Below are positions 56,322-64,000 of a stretch of 64,000 bases of DNA, in pieces (position 1 is the first letter of the stretch; every line of letters starts with the position of its first letter). The stretch covers positions 13,266 to 77,265 of the forward strand of contig CAKQMD010000001.1 of NCBI GenBank assembly GCA_934254925.1, in the 5' to 3' direction. Below the pieces are notes generated by a model, which was not told the DNA's origin, did not search any database, and saw only the letters and a list, made by a program, of their open reading frames with translations. Source of the stretch: an uncultured Alphaproteobacteria bacterium (lineage in GTDB: Bacteria; Pseudomonadota; Alphaproteobacteria; RF32; CAG-239). A program made the translations under genes and the position numbers.

Positions 56322-56605
56322 CGGTTTCTCCCTACCTGATCCAATTTTTTCTCAATGCGCAGCAAATGGTCCGTCAGCCTGGTTTCGACGTCTTTGAGAT
56401 AGCTTGTCGACACATAGTTGCGGGCCACGTGCAGTTTGAAGTCTGCCAAGGCCTCTTTGGCCATGGCAACCCCGTGTTCGCCGTTTTGCTTGTAGAGCAG
56501 CAGACTGTCCTCCAGCTCTTTCTTGTTTTTCATGACCAAGCGAAAAATGGCCACAAAAATAGGCAGCTCAATCATGGCTGCCCAGGTTAAAATATTGTTC
56601 ATCAT
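56318..56605 (-). CDS. membrane-anchored coiled-coil protein, candidate i-spanin (Rz-like)
   Basis: 95 aa. N-terminal TM helix (ILTWAAMIELPIFVAIFRLV) followed by a predicted coiled coil. Located between TerL and the lysin, overlapping both. Confidence 0.3.
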   Translation of the reverse strand: MMNNILTWAAMIELPIFVAIFRLVMKNKKELEDSLLLYKQNGEHGVAMAKEALADFKLHVARNYVSTSYLKDVETRLTDHLLRIEKKLDQVGRNR

Positions 56606-56617
56606 AAAAATCCTTTT

Positions 56618-58123
56618 CTAAACCTCAAAACTCGCGTCAGCACTAAACTGATCTGCCCCTCCCTGCCAACCGGGCGCTTTGACATCCGCCGCGGAAGAGA
56701 GTGACGGCAATCGAACGGGTTCCGAACTCAGGCAACCGGCGACCGCATCCAAGGCATCATCATGGGCTGATCCCGAAAGGCTCCATTCCCGCATTTCCTC
56801 GATAAAACCGGTCTGCCATATCTTGTGATGAACATGGAGTGCCCGTTCCGCCAAAAGGACTTCAAAAGCCTCCAGAATCCTTTTTTCCTTCGCCGAGGAG
56901 GAAAACATCTCCAAAACGGCCGCCCGAATTGACAAAGCGGCCAGGCGCTGTTTTAGAATTCCGGGCAAAAACCGGCCGATACCGTTGGCTTCCACCCGAA
57001 CGGAAGGCAAATGGTTGCGGCGAATAAATTCCGCCACGGCATCGCATTGCATGGAGGCGGCGTTATCTGCCTTTCCTTCCGCAATGCGGATATATTCCAA
57101 ATCATGCAGCCAGGTCGTCCCGTCTTCAGCCGTAAACACGCAGGCAATTACTGAATGATCGCCTTTGGCTGCGGCAAATGAAGGATCCCACCAACAGGAG
57201 GCCGAAACCATCCGGCGCGGTCCGATTTTCAGGATCTCGCGATTATTGGCATAGCTTATGCTTATTTCCTCGCGATAAGGAACCAAACGAGAGGGATCAA
57301 GCACGGCATCAACGACATTTACCGGCTGTAGCATCATTTGGGAGAGAAACTTGTTTTCTCCCGAACGGCTGCGAATCGAAGCAATCTTGTCTTCCGGAAA
57401 ACGCTCCGGCCAGGCTGACCGGCCTTCGGCATCCAACAGAGGCAGCTTCAGACTATCAAAGTTGAGCAAAAACGGCTCCGTTTCCGGTTTGGCGGGATCA
57501 ACCTCCGTCTGATAGATGGTATAATAATTATGAGGCGTCCCGATATAAAGCTGGAACCCCTCAGGCGTCAGAATATAGTCAAGTTCGTTTAAGCGTTCGC
57601 GGAGATCACGGCGCTTTAAGGCGGTGTCGCAGGTTTTTGGGACTTCAACGTCATCACAGATGATGAGGTCAGCCCGCAGGCCGGTGATGTTGGCGCCGAG
57701 CCCTTTGGCCAGCATGGACGGGTCCCGCAGTTCCATCCGTCGGTTCACCGTGAACTGATCGGAAGCCCATTGGTCCAAACGCGCCGGCTTTAACCTCTTG
57801 GTCAGCGGATGCTGTTCAATAATCCTTTTGACGTTGCGTACCATTTTTTTAGCCAGGGCATGATCCGCCGCCATGACCAAAATCCGGGTTGAACTCCGGC
57901 AGTACAAAACCCAGGCGCAAAATAAACCGACTATCGTTGATTTTCCGGAGTTGCGAAAGGCCATCAGCAAAGCCTGACGGCTTCCCGGTTCCGTCCATAA
58001 CCGATTCAGCCAACGGGCAATACGCTTTTGATGACGAGGAACGGAAAGACCTTGAAGCCGAAACCAGACAAAAACAAATTCATAAAAATTTATTTTCTCT
58101 GTCGACATCATCTTCTTCGTCAT
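56618..58123 (-). CDS. phage terminase large subunit
   Basis: 501 aa. Walker A AFRNSGKST, Walker B LIICDDVE, and a C-terminal RNaseH-like nuclease region with conserved acidic residues. Confidence 0.85.
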   Translation of the reverse strand: MTKKMMSTEKINFYEFVFVWFRLQGLSVPRHQKRIARWLNRLWTEPGSRQALLMAFRNSGKSTIVGLFCAWVLYCRSSTRILVMAADHALAKKMVRNVKRIIEQHPLTKRLKPARLDQWASDQFTVNRRMELRDPSMLAKGLGANITGLRADLIICDDVEVPKTCDTALKRRDLRERLNELDYILTPEGFQLYIGTPHNYYTIYQTEVDPAKPETEPFLLNFDSLKLPLLDAEGRSAWPERFPEDKIASIRSRSGENKFLSQMMLQPVNVVDAVLDPSRLVPYREEISISYANNREILKIGPRRMVSASCWWDPSFAAAKGDHSVIACVFTAEDGTTWLHDLEYIRIAEGKADNAASMQCDAVAEFIRRNHLPSVRVEANGIGRFLPGILKQRLAALSIRAAVLEMFSSSAKEKRILEAFEVLLAERALHVHHKIWQTGFIEEMREWSLSGSAHDDALDAVAGCLSSEPVRLPSLSSAADVKAPGWQGGADQFSADASFEV

Positions 58124-58454
58124 CTTCGTCTCTCGCTTCCCTTAATAAATTCAATACATCCTCTTCCGGACTTTCGGACACGTCGTCAATCGGTTCGTCT
58201 TCGGTCCACTTGGCCAATTTCAGCAAAGTTTCGGCATGCACCACGGCCGACTTGCAGGCCGAATGGTGCGCGCTGAAGCCTTTGGCGTCATCGGGTATGG
58301 GTTGCTCAGAAAAATTTTCGTAGCTGTTAATCACTCTGGAAATTTTCTCCGGCAGCGTTTTTTTGAGCTTGGCTTTTAGTGCTTTGAGAGTTTTTATTTT
58401 TCTTATAATCATGTTATAAAACGTCTCCAAAATAAAAAAATACCTGAAAAACAA
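58080..58454 (-). CDS. candidate terminase small subunit (acidic C-terminus)
   Basis: 124-aa ORF overlapping the TerL start. Basic N-terminal half, poly-acidic C-terminal tail (DEDDEEDDVD). Position suggests TerS but there is no motif. Confidence 0.3.
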   Translation of the reverse strand: MFFRYFFILETFYNMIIRKIKTLKALKAKLKKTLPEKISRVINSYENFSEQPIPDDAKGFSAHHSACKSAVVHAETLLKLAKWTEDEPIDDVSESPEEDVLNLLREARDEDDEEDDVDRENKFL

Positions 58455-58530
58455 CGACTTGTTCTTCAGGCGGTCAGTTTATTTTAGATACACTACTAGC
58501 AAGTGATGTTTTAGGGATAACAAAAAAAAA

Positions 58531-58947
58531 TCACTTTGTCAAGAGTTTTTTCCTACTCTTGTTAATTTTATTATAAAGCTGAAATGGCGTAATAGTAAAA
58601 AAGCTATGAATTCCCAAGGCCCTTTTGACAAACTCCACGCAGGTAAAAATATTCACAGGGGCACATTTCAACGGTGCACAGGCAATGTTAACCTTGCATA
58701 CCCGACAGCCTCGGTACCGCAGACTTTGCAGATAAAGTTGAGGATCCAGCGTCTGGCGAAAGCAAACAAAAAACTGATTGGATAACGGATTGAGCTCCAG
58801 AAAAGTCCGGTTATCCTCCAAAAGATACAAAAGATAACAATGGCGGAATCCGGGCTTAAGCAGACGCAACCACCACAAGCTCGTTTCATCGGCAAAAACA
58901 ACATAAGCCTGGCTAAAACTCTGCCGATCTTCAACAGAAAGCCGCAT
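58531..58947 (-). CDS. hypothetical protein (Cys-rich)
   Basis: 138-aa ORF upstream of the TerS-like gene. CRVCKVNIACAPLKCAPVN cysteine cluster. Confidence 0.3.
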   Translation of the reverse strand: MRLSVEDRQSFSQAYVVFADETSLWWLRLLKPGFRHCYLLYLLEDNRTFLELNPLSNQFFVCFRQTLDPQLYLQSLRYRGCRVCKVNIACAPLKCAPVNIFTCVEFVKRALGIHSFFTITPFQLYNKINKSRKKLLTK

Positions 58948-59301
58948 TTATAAATTTCCCAAAATGTTTTTGGCCCGCAGATAGACGTCAAACCATCGAA
59001 TAGCTTCCTCCCACAGGATGATCTCGCTCTTTTTGGCGCGGCGGTCATAGTAAGGCGTACAAAATAAGCCGCCCCAGCGGTAGAGAACGCGCAGATGGCG
59101 GTTGGTAATGCAGTTGTCGGCTTTCATACGCTTGAGAATCCCCTCAATATCTCCCAGTTCACAATCTCGGGGAAGGCCGGGATAGTCTGACTTGGAACGC
59201 AGGCCGTTTCCTCTTACCAACAGACAGCTGCAATACCAAAACCAAACTTCTTCGGCATTATTAAAAGGTTCATAGCGCAAACTCATACAGCCTCTCCACA
59301 C
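58948..59301 (-). CDS. hypothetical protein
   Basis: 117-aa ORF abutting the previous ORF. First gene of the minus-strand operon, divergent from the repressor. Confidence 0.3.
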   Translation of the reverse strand: MWRGCMSLRYEPFNNAEEVWFWYCSCLLVRGNGLRSKSDYPGLPRDCELGDIEGILKRMKADNCITNRHLRVLYRWGGLFCTPYYDRRAKKSEIILWEEAIRWFDVYLRAKNILGNL

Positions 59302-59340
59302 CTTAACAAATTATTAACAAAAATATTTATACAATAGGTT

Positions 59341-59376
59341 GTAGGAATTTCAATAATAAAAAGACTTGATTCCTAC
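59341..59376. promoter_or_regulatory. candidate operator: 8-bp inverted repeat gtaggaat-N20-attcctac in the divergent promoter region
   Basis: Perfect inverted repeat at 59341-59348 and 59369-59376 in the 134-bp AT-rich intergenic region between the operon start and the repressor gene. Confidence 0.3.
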
Positions 59377-59435
59377 TTTTAATAGTTTATATTATAGTTC
59401 GTATCGGTAAAATTTAAGGATTTTGAGGAATTAGC

Positions 59436-60056
59436 ATGCAATGTGAGAAAATTTGGAAGGCTGTTGATAAGTTAGCCGTGAGCCAGGGACTCTCCGTCTC
59501 TTCTTTGGCAAAAAAATCCGGTTTGGACGCAACAACTTTCAACAAAAGCAAAAGAATGCGCAACAACAAATACCGTTGGCCGTCTTTAGACAGCATCAGT
59601 CGCCTTCTGGATGTCTGTAATCTCAGTTTTGATCAATTTTACGACATGGGATGCGACGGAGCGATGCCGGAAATAAAAACGACCATTCCCTATATTCGTT
59701 ACAGTGGCTTGTCGCGTCAGCAGCACATCAAAGATACGCGTCTGAAAACCGAAAGCTGGCCGCGCAAAAGTTTTATCGACGTTCATTCCGACACATATGC
59801 CGTTTTGCTTGACGAGGGCAATTTCGCCCCGATTTATCGTCCGGGAACAACCCTGATCATCACTCAAACCGTTAACATTCGCAACGGCGATCGCTTAATT
59901 ATGTACCTTAATGACGGGCAAATTATCATCAAAGACTTTGTGCAACGAACGCCGAGTTCAATTATTGTGGCGGATTTGGTGCATCCCGAACAGCAATCTG
60001 ACATTCCCTTAAAGAAAATACGTCTGGTCAATCGTGTCTTATGGGCCAGTCAATAG
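59436..60056 (+). CDS. CI/XRE-like transcriptional regulator with LexA/S24-like C-terminal domain (catalytic Ser not evident)
   Basis: N-terminal HTH (LSVSSLAKKSGLDATTFNKSKR). C-terminal beta-rich domain with GDRLIMYLNDGQIIIKDF resembling the S24 fold. A G-[DS]-SM active-site motif was not found. Confidence 0.45.
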   Translation: MQCEKIWKAVDKLAVSQGLSVSSLAKKSGLDATTFNKSKRMRNNKYRWPSLDSISRLLDVCNLSFDQFYDMGCDGAMPEIKTTIPYIRYSGLSRQQHIKDTRLKTESWPRKSFIDVHSDTYAVLLDEGNFAPIYRPGTTLIITQTVNIRNGDRLIMYLNDGQIIIKDFVQRTPSSIIVADLVHPEQQSDIPLKKIRLVNRVLWASQ

Positions 60057-60269
60057 CCGGAGAAAAAAAATGCCATGCAAAGAGCTTGAACAGGAACTAA
60101 GATACGAGACTTTGCCGCTTTCTCCACAACCGGACGGCGCCAAAGCCTTTGACAAAAACTGCCTGACGCAGACCTTAAACATCGCCCGCTGTCGACATAA
60201 AGGCTTGGCAACCGAAAAGCTGGAAAAAGACTTGCAGCTGACGCGGCGCCATGCCATAAGGTATCATGA

Positions 60270-60755
60270 TTAGAAATATTGCGTGGTTTTAAGCAGTTCC
60301 TCAATCTGATCCAACGCCAGGGAGGGAGAGGTCCGCAAATCTATTTTGTAACTGCTGGGCATAACGCATTCGGAACGCTCGCCGTCATAACGGCAAAAGG
60401 GCGTTTGAAACCAAACGCCGTAAAGGCTGCTGTCGTCAATGTGAAGGTTAATGCCGTTGGCCAGGCAATATTCGGCCTTGGCGCGGTTCCACAATTTGTC
60501 TTCCACCTTAAACTCGCCGTTGGCATAGTGGGTAACTTTGCCGGTTTGTTCATAAAAATCAAGAATGGCAAAAAGTTTGCTGTAGGGCACTTTATATTGC
60601 CGCAGCATTTCGGAAACGACATTTTCCGGCCCGCCGGTCAAAATATGAATTTCATGACCACGGCGCAACGCCTCATTGCAAAAACCGCTAAAAAATTCCG
60701 GGTGACGGTTGATGACGCCATGGAAATCCAAGCCGATTTTCAGCCGCTGCTTCAT
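60270..60755 (-). CDS. HAD-like hydrolase / 5'(3')-deoxyribonucleotidase-like protein
   Basis: 161 aa. N-terminal LDFHGVI resembles a degenerate DxDGT/V HAD motif I. Weak. Confidence 0.35.
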   Translation of the reverse strand: MKQRLKIGLDFHGVINRHPEFFSGFCNEALRRGHEIHILTGGPENVVSEMLRQYKVPYSKLFAILDFYEQTGKVTHYANGEFKVEDKLWNRAKAEYCLANGINLHIDDSSLYGVWFQTPFCRYDGERSECVMPSSYKIDLRTSPSLALDQIEELLKTTQYF

Positions 60756-63700
60756 TTTTTAGAACTCCCAAACAGCGAAGACATCAGCTCTTTCAAAGAA
60801 TTGGGGCTGAGCGCCGACAAGGGGTTAATACTGACAATCGGATCGTCAATATCACCGTTGATTTTATAATTGGCGGCAAAAACCGTGCCGTCCTTGCCGC
60901 TCAGGATAGAGCCGACCAAGGGTATTTTGCCGATAAAGGTATTCAGCCCATAGGCCGGAGCAATGAGACCTTTGATGCGCAGTTCCTGATCGTTGCGGAA
61001 ATAGCTGCCGCTGGCGGTAATGCCCAAGACATTGCCGAAAGCTTTGGCATCATTAACGCTAAAGACCTTGTTCTGGTAGGTAAAGGGTGCGTCAAAATGA
61101 GAGAAAGTCAACCCCTCTCCGGTCAACATATTGACAATTCCGCTAAAAGAAGCAACTGTCAGCAACTTGGCCAAAACCGGCGTGTTATGGATGCTGAAAT
61201 CCCTGATTTGGGCATGGCCGACAATGTTTTTGCCGACATCAACCTTGGCATCTACACGCAGGGTTCCGCCTTCCATATTGTCATACATTCGCAAAAACTT
61301 CAAAGTCGATCCGGCATCGTTGCTCTCAACGCTGATCAGGTATTCCTTGCCCGGCCGCGGCACATAGTCCAGCTTCAGCCGCGCCTCGGCCTTGTTGCCG
61401 TAATTGCCGACGGCATGCATTTCATAAAGCCCGATACCGTTAACCAAACGCGCGGACCCGGCAAAATTTCGAATTGCCAGGTGAGGATTGGTCCATAAAC
61501 TGCTGACCGCAATGTAAATTTCCGTATCCGGCGCTTTGGCCAGTTCGTCTTCGTCATCAGCAGCAGGAGCAATCTTCTTACCTTGTTTTTTCAAAGCTTT
61601 GCGTAAGGCAATTTTTTCTTCGTCACGTGCGAAGAAATCCGACAAGTCATAGCTGCTTCCCGAGACGTTGATCTTTACCTTTTTGGGCTTAAGAGAGGTA
61701 AACTCAATCTTGGCTCGGGCCGAAGTGCGGGGACCGTTGATGTTGGTTATGTCGACCAAACGCACGTTGCCGTCCTTGTCCAAGGTAGCGCGGCCGTTTA
61801 ATTTGAAATCGGTTTTGGAGAGGCTGAAAGAAGGAATCGAGGTCAGCTTGTTTTTGTCAAAAGACAACTTGGCCATAATGTTTCCTTTTTCGCCCAAAGG
61901 CTTTTTCAGGCCAAGGAAAGAATAGTCCACCGCGGCGTTTTTCAAACTGCCCGAAAGATCAATGTCCATCTTTTCGTTATTATAGGTGGTTATGACGGCA
62001 TCGGTTTCAATATAACCTTTAATAAAGGGCGGATTGATGGCCTCAATGTCCAGGCCGAGTTTTTTCTTGGCGTTCTCGTCAAATTTGAAGGCCAGCTTAT
62101 AACGGCTTTTATAATTTTTGGCAACAAAGCTCTCATCCCAAGTCAGCTTAACGGGAATCCCCTCATAAAGCGTGTCTCCGCTGACCAAGAGGCCCTGATT
62201 GTTCACCTCCAGCGCCAGCTTTGCCGCTTCGATGTTTTTGTTGTCAATCACTTTGGGAATCACGACATCGGTCAGCTGCGATTTGACCGACACTTTAACT
62301 TCGTCCGGCGCCAAATTGTTTTTCAATTCAAACTCGAGATTAAGGTCCGTTTCGGCATGCCCTTCGAAATTTTCGGGATCAAGACCCATTTCGCTCGTAT
62401 ATTGCAGCGGCTTATGGTCAATCAGCTTCAAAACATTTTCGATTGATCCTTCCGCATTGACCGAAACCTTGGCAAAATTGTCGTTCTTATTCAAATCATA
62501 CAACAAAACGGAAGCCGAATTGACAATCACGCCGTCAGAAACGCCTTTGTCTATCAGGATATTGATCTTGTCATTAAAGAACTCGGCGCTGCCGTATATA
62601 TTGGTCACGCGCGGCATGCCGGTCAGATAGTCCAAAGCGGCATCCTCAATATCGCCGCGGCCGTTGAGGTTTTGAAAAGCCAATTTTCGGCTCTTGGGAT
62701 CATAAGCGAAATCAAAGTCAAAAACGCCGTTTTTGACCCGGCCGCCGAAAATGCTGTCCTCGCACCATTCCCAAGCGTCGGTGGCAATATATTTCGGCCA
62801 GTATTTATAAAGGTCGTCAAAGTTCAGCGAAGGAATTTCCGCCCGCAGGCGCAGCTTGAGATTCTCATAAGAATTTTTGAGCAGCAAATCCTTAAAACCG
62901 CTGGCAGAAAAGCTTAACAAGGTCTTTTGGCCGCCGAGGTCAAAGGTTGCCTTTTTGATGTCGACCTGATCCAGACCGCCTTTCATCTCACCGGAAAGCA
63001 AAAAAGACGAAACCGCATATTGAAAATCGTCTTCCGGCGCAAACACAATATTTCCGGCGCCGCCTTCAAACTCAAACGCCACCTTCTCCACGGCTTTTTC
63101 AAGACCTGCCGTCAAATCGTTCTTGTGCTTTAGAACTTCGGCAAAATCAATCAAGGCATTGACGCGGCCGTTAAGCGGCAGATTGATTTTGGCCAAATCT
63201 CCCGGTTCGGCGCCGGCCGGCGTCAGAAAAGACTCAGAAAGATCCCGCGGATTGAGGTCTGAAAAATAAAATTCCAACGCCACCTTGTTTCCCGCAGGTC
63301 GATATTCGGCATCAATGCCGACGGAAGCGATTTGATCGCGCAATTTGATCAGGGCGTTAAATTCCGTATCAATATTGGTAAAATTACGCTCAAAACGATA
63401 ATTCAGGTCGGAAAAAGCCCATTTGCGCCCGAGGTCAACCTCATGAAACTCGACTTCGGCGTTTTTGACGACAATGTCATTAATGTAGCTTTCGGGGTAA
63501 GACTTGTCTTCCGAATTAAAACGTTCGACAAACTCTTCAAAACCGTCAAAATAATATTCAAGTTTTTTCTGAGTGATTTCCTCGTGGCTGGGTTGCTTGA
63601 TGCCATAAGAAGTAAAGACGTAAACGCTCGGATTGTTTACTTCGACGGAAGAAGGAGCGATCACACCGCGCAGTAAGGCCTTGATACTGAATGAAACCGA

Positions 63701-63997
63701 TGTTTTCGGCGCATTGACCACCAAAGAACCGTCAGTTTTCTTATAAACAACATTATTGGCAATGATGTGAATGGGCTTGATTGAGCGCACCAGTTCCAAA
63801 TTGACGGAATCCAATGTCACTTGATATTGCGAATCGTCATGGTTCAGCGCCTTAATAATATAGGGCTTGAGAAAAGGCAAAGCGATCGGCGCTCGATAAA
63901 GCTGCCAAATAAACAACAGCAGCATCACCAGCAGAACGACGCCGGTATAGTCAAGGACTTTGCGCAGCCGATATTTTTTGGGGTTAAGCTTTTTCAT
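60752..63997 (-). CDS. AsmA-family / DUF3971 (YhdP-like) large envelope protein
   Basis: 1081 aa. Single N-terminal TM helix (VVLLVMLLLFIWQLY), then a very long beta-rich periplasmic region. C-terminus is Gly/Ser-rich. Architecture typical of the AsmA-like lipid-transport family. Confidence 0.6.
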   Translation of the reverse strand: MKKLNPKKYRLRKVLDYTGVVLLVMLLLFIWQLYRAPIALPFLKPYIIKALNHDDSQYQVTLDSVNLELVRSIKPIHIIANNVVYKKTDGSLVVNAPKTSVSFSIKALLRGVIAPSSVEVNNPSVYVFTSYGIKQPSHEEITQKKLEYYFDGFEEFVERFNSEDKSYPESYINDIVVKNAEVEFHEVDLGRKWAFSDLNYRFERNFTNIDTEFNALIKLRDQIASVGIDAEYRPAGNKVALEFYFSDLNPRDLSESFLTPAGAEPGDLAKINLPLNGRVNALIDFAEVLKHKNDLTAGLEKAVEKVAFEFEGGAGNIVFAPEDDFQYAVSSFLLSGEMKGGLDQVDIKKATFDLGGQKTLLSFSASGFKDLLLKNSYENLKLRLRAEIPSLNFDDLYKYWPKYIATDAWEWCEDSIFGGRVKNGVFDFDFAYDPKSRKLAFQNLNGRGDIEDAALDYLTGMPRVTNIYGSAEFFNDKINILIDKGVSDGVIVNSASVLLYDLNKNDNFAKVSVNAEGSIENVLKLIDHKPLQYTSEMGLDPENFEGHAETDLNLEFELKNNLAPDEVKVSVKSQLTDVVIPKVIDNKNIEAAKLALEVNNQGLLVSGDTLYEGIPVKLTWDESFVAKNYKSRYKLAFKFDENAKKKLGLDIEAINPPFIKGYIETDAVITTYNNEKMDIDLSGSLKNAAVDYSFLGLKKPLGEKGNIMAKLSFDKNKLTSIPSFSLSKTDFKLNGRATLDKDGNVRLVDITNINGPRTSARAKIEFTSLKPKKVKINVSGSSYDLSDFFARDEEKIALRKALKKQGKKIAPAADDEDELAKAPDTEIYIAVSSLWTNPHLAIRNFAGSARLVNGIGLYEMHAVGNYGNKAEARLKLDYVPRPGKEYLISVESNDAGSTLKFLRMYDNMEGGTLRVDAKVDVGKNIVGHAQIRDFSIHNTPVLAKLLTVASFSGIVNMLTGEGLTFSHFDAPFTYQNKVFSVNDAKAFGNVLGITASGSYFRNDQELRIKGLIAPAYGLNTFIGKIPLVGSILSGKDGTVFAANYKINGDIDDPIVSINPLSALSPNSLKELMSSLFGSSKK

Positions 63998-64000
63998 ACC

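Larger units (their letters stand above)
48239..60060. mobile_element. T7-like (podovirus-type) phage-derived packaging/head/proximal-tail module; no integrase, replication, internal-core or tail-fibre genes (cryptic prophage or GTA-like element)
   Basis: Contiguous minus-strand operon: TerS-like, TerL, lysis genes (spanin-like, SleB-like, holin-like), portal, gp9-like scaffold, gp10-like capsid, gp11-like and gp12-like tail tubular proteins, small ORFs. A divergent CI/XRE-like regulator sits at 59436-60056. Delimited by the hairpin at 48239 and the repressor gene. Confidence 0.65.

Noticed and set aside
60034-60273. 79-aa + strand ORF overlapping the end of the repressor gene
   Set aside because: Mostly overlaps the repressor in another frame and converges on the HAD-like gene. 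An internal 67-aa version is possible but unsupported.

Overview
This 64-kb window looks like a chromosomal segment from an alphaproteobacterium. That is inferred from RpoH sigma-32, a DUF4167 protein and pyrH/plsY/dprA/topA synteny, and was not checked against any database. Core-gene GC is about 50%, with several much more AT-rich accessory islets. Housekeeping genes I recognise are pyrH (partial), plsY, dprA, topA, valS, clpB, prmC, rpoH, asnS, eno, glyA, rpiB, a dCMP deaminase, a LuxR/FixJ-type response regulator, tRNA-Thr(GGT), tRNA-Cys(GCA) and tRNA-Asn(GTT). The accessory content worth a second look is: (1) An orphan 694-aa flagellin whose hypervariable region is replaced by a parallel beta-helix-like segment plus a DUF1566 (Lcl-like) domain. 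(2) A tandem array of four ~130-190 bp att-like repeats immediately 3' of tRNA-Thr. Each copy regenerates a degenerate tRNA 3' half plus a GCACC-N6-GGTGC-Tn terminator hairpin, and the repeats delimit three AT-rich single-gene cassettes (histidine phosphatase, an HhH/alpha-CTD-like protein, a Ham1-like NTP pyrophosphatase). (3) A rbsK, gtrA, 863-aa polytopic (possible GT-C) glycosyltransferase, UbiA-type polyprenyl-phosphate phosphoribosyltransferase and pgpA operon, suggesting a lipid-linked pentose donor pathway. (4) Tandem duplications of the tRNA-Asn 3' flank. (5) MacAB-like and RND efflux systems bracketing an AT-rich two-gene islet. (6) An aaxB/aaxC-like pyruvoyl arginine decarboxylase plus antiporter pair. 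(7) An ~11.8-kb T7-like (podovirus-type) packaging, head and proximal-tail module: terminase, SleB-like lysin, portal, gp9-like scaffold, gp10-like capsid, gp11- and gp12-like tail tubular proteins and a CI/XRE-like repressor. It has no integrase, no replication or RNA-polymerase genes, no internal-core (gp14-16) proteins and no tail fibre. That makes it either a decayed prophage or a candidate domesticated, GTA-like element. All calls are by eye from the sequence and the ORF track. No searches were run.
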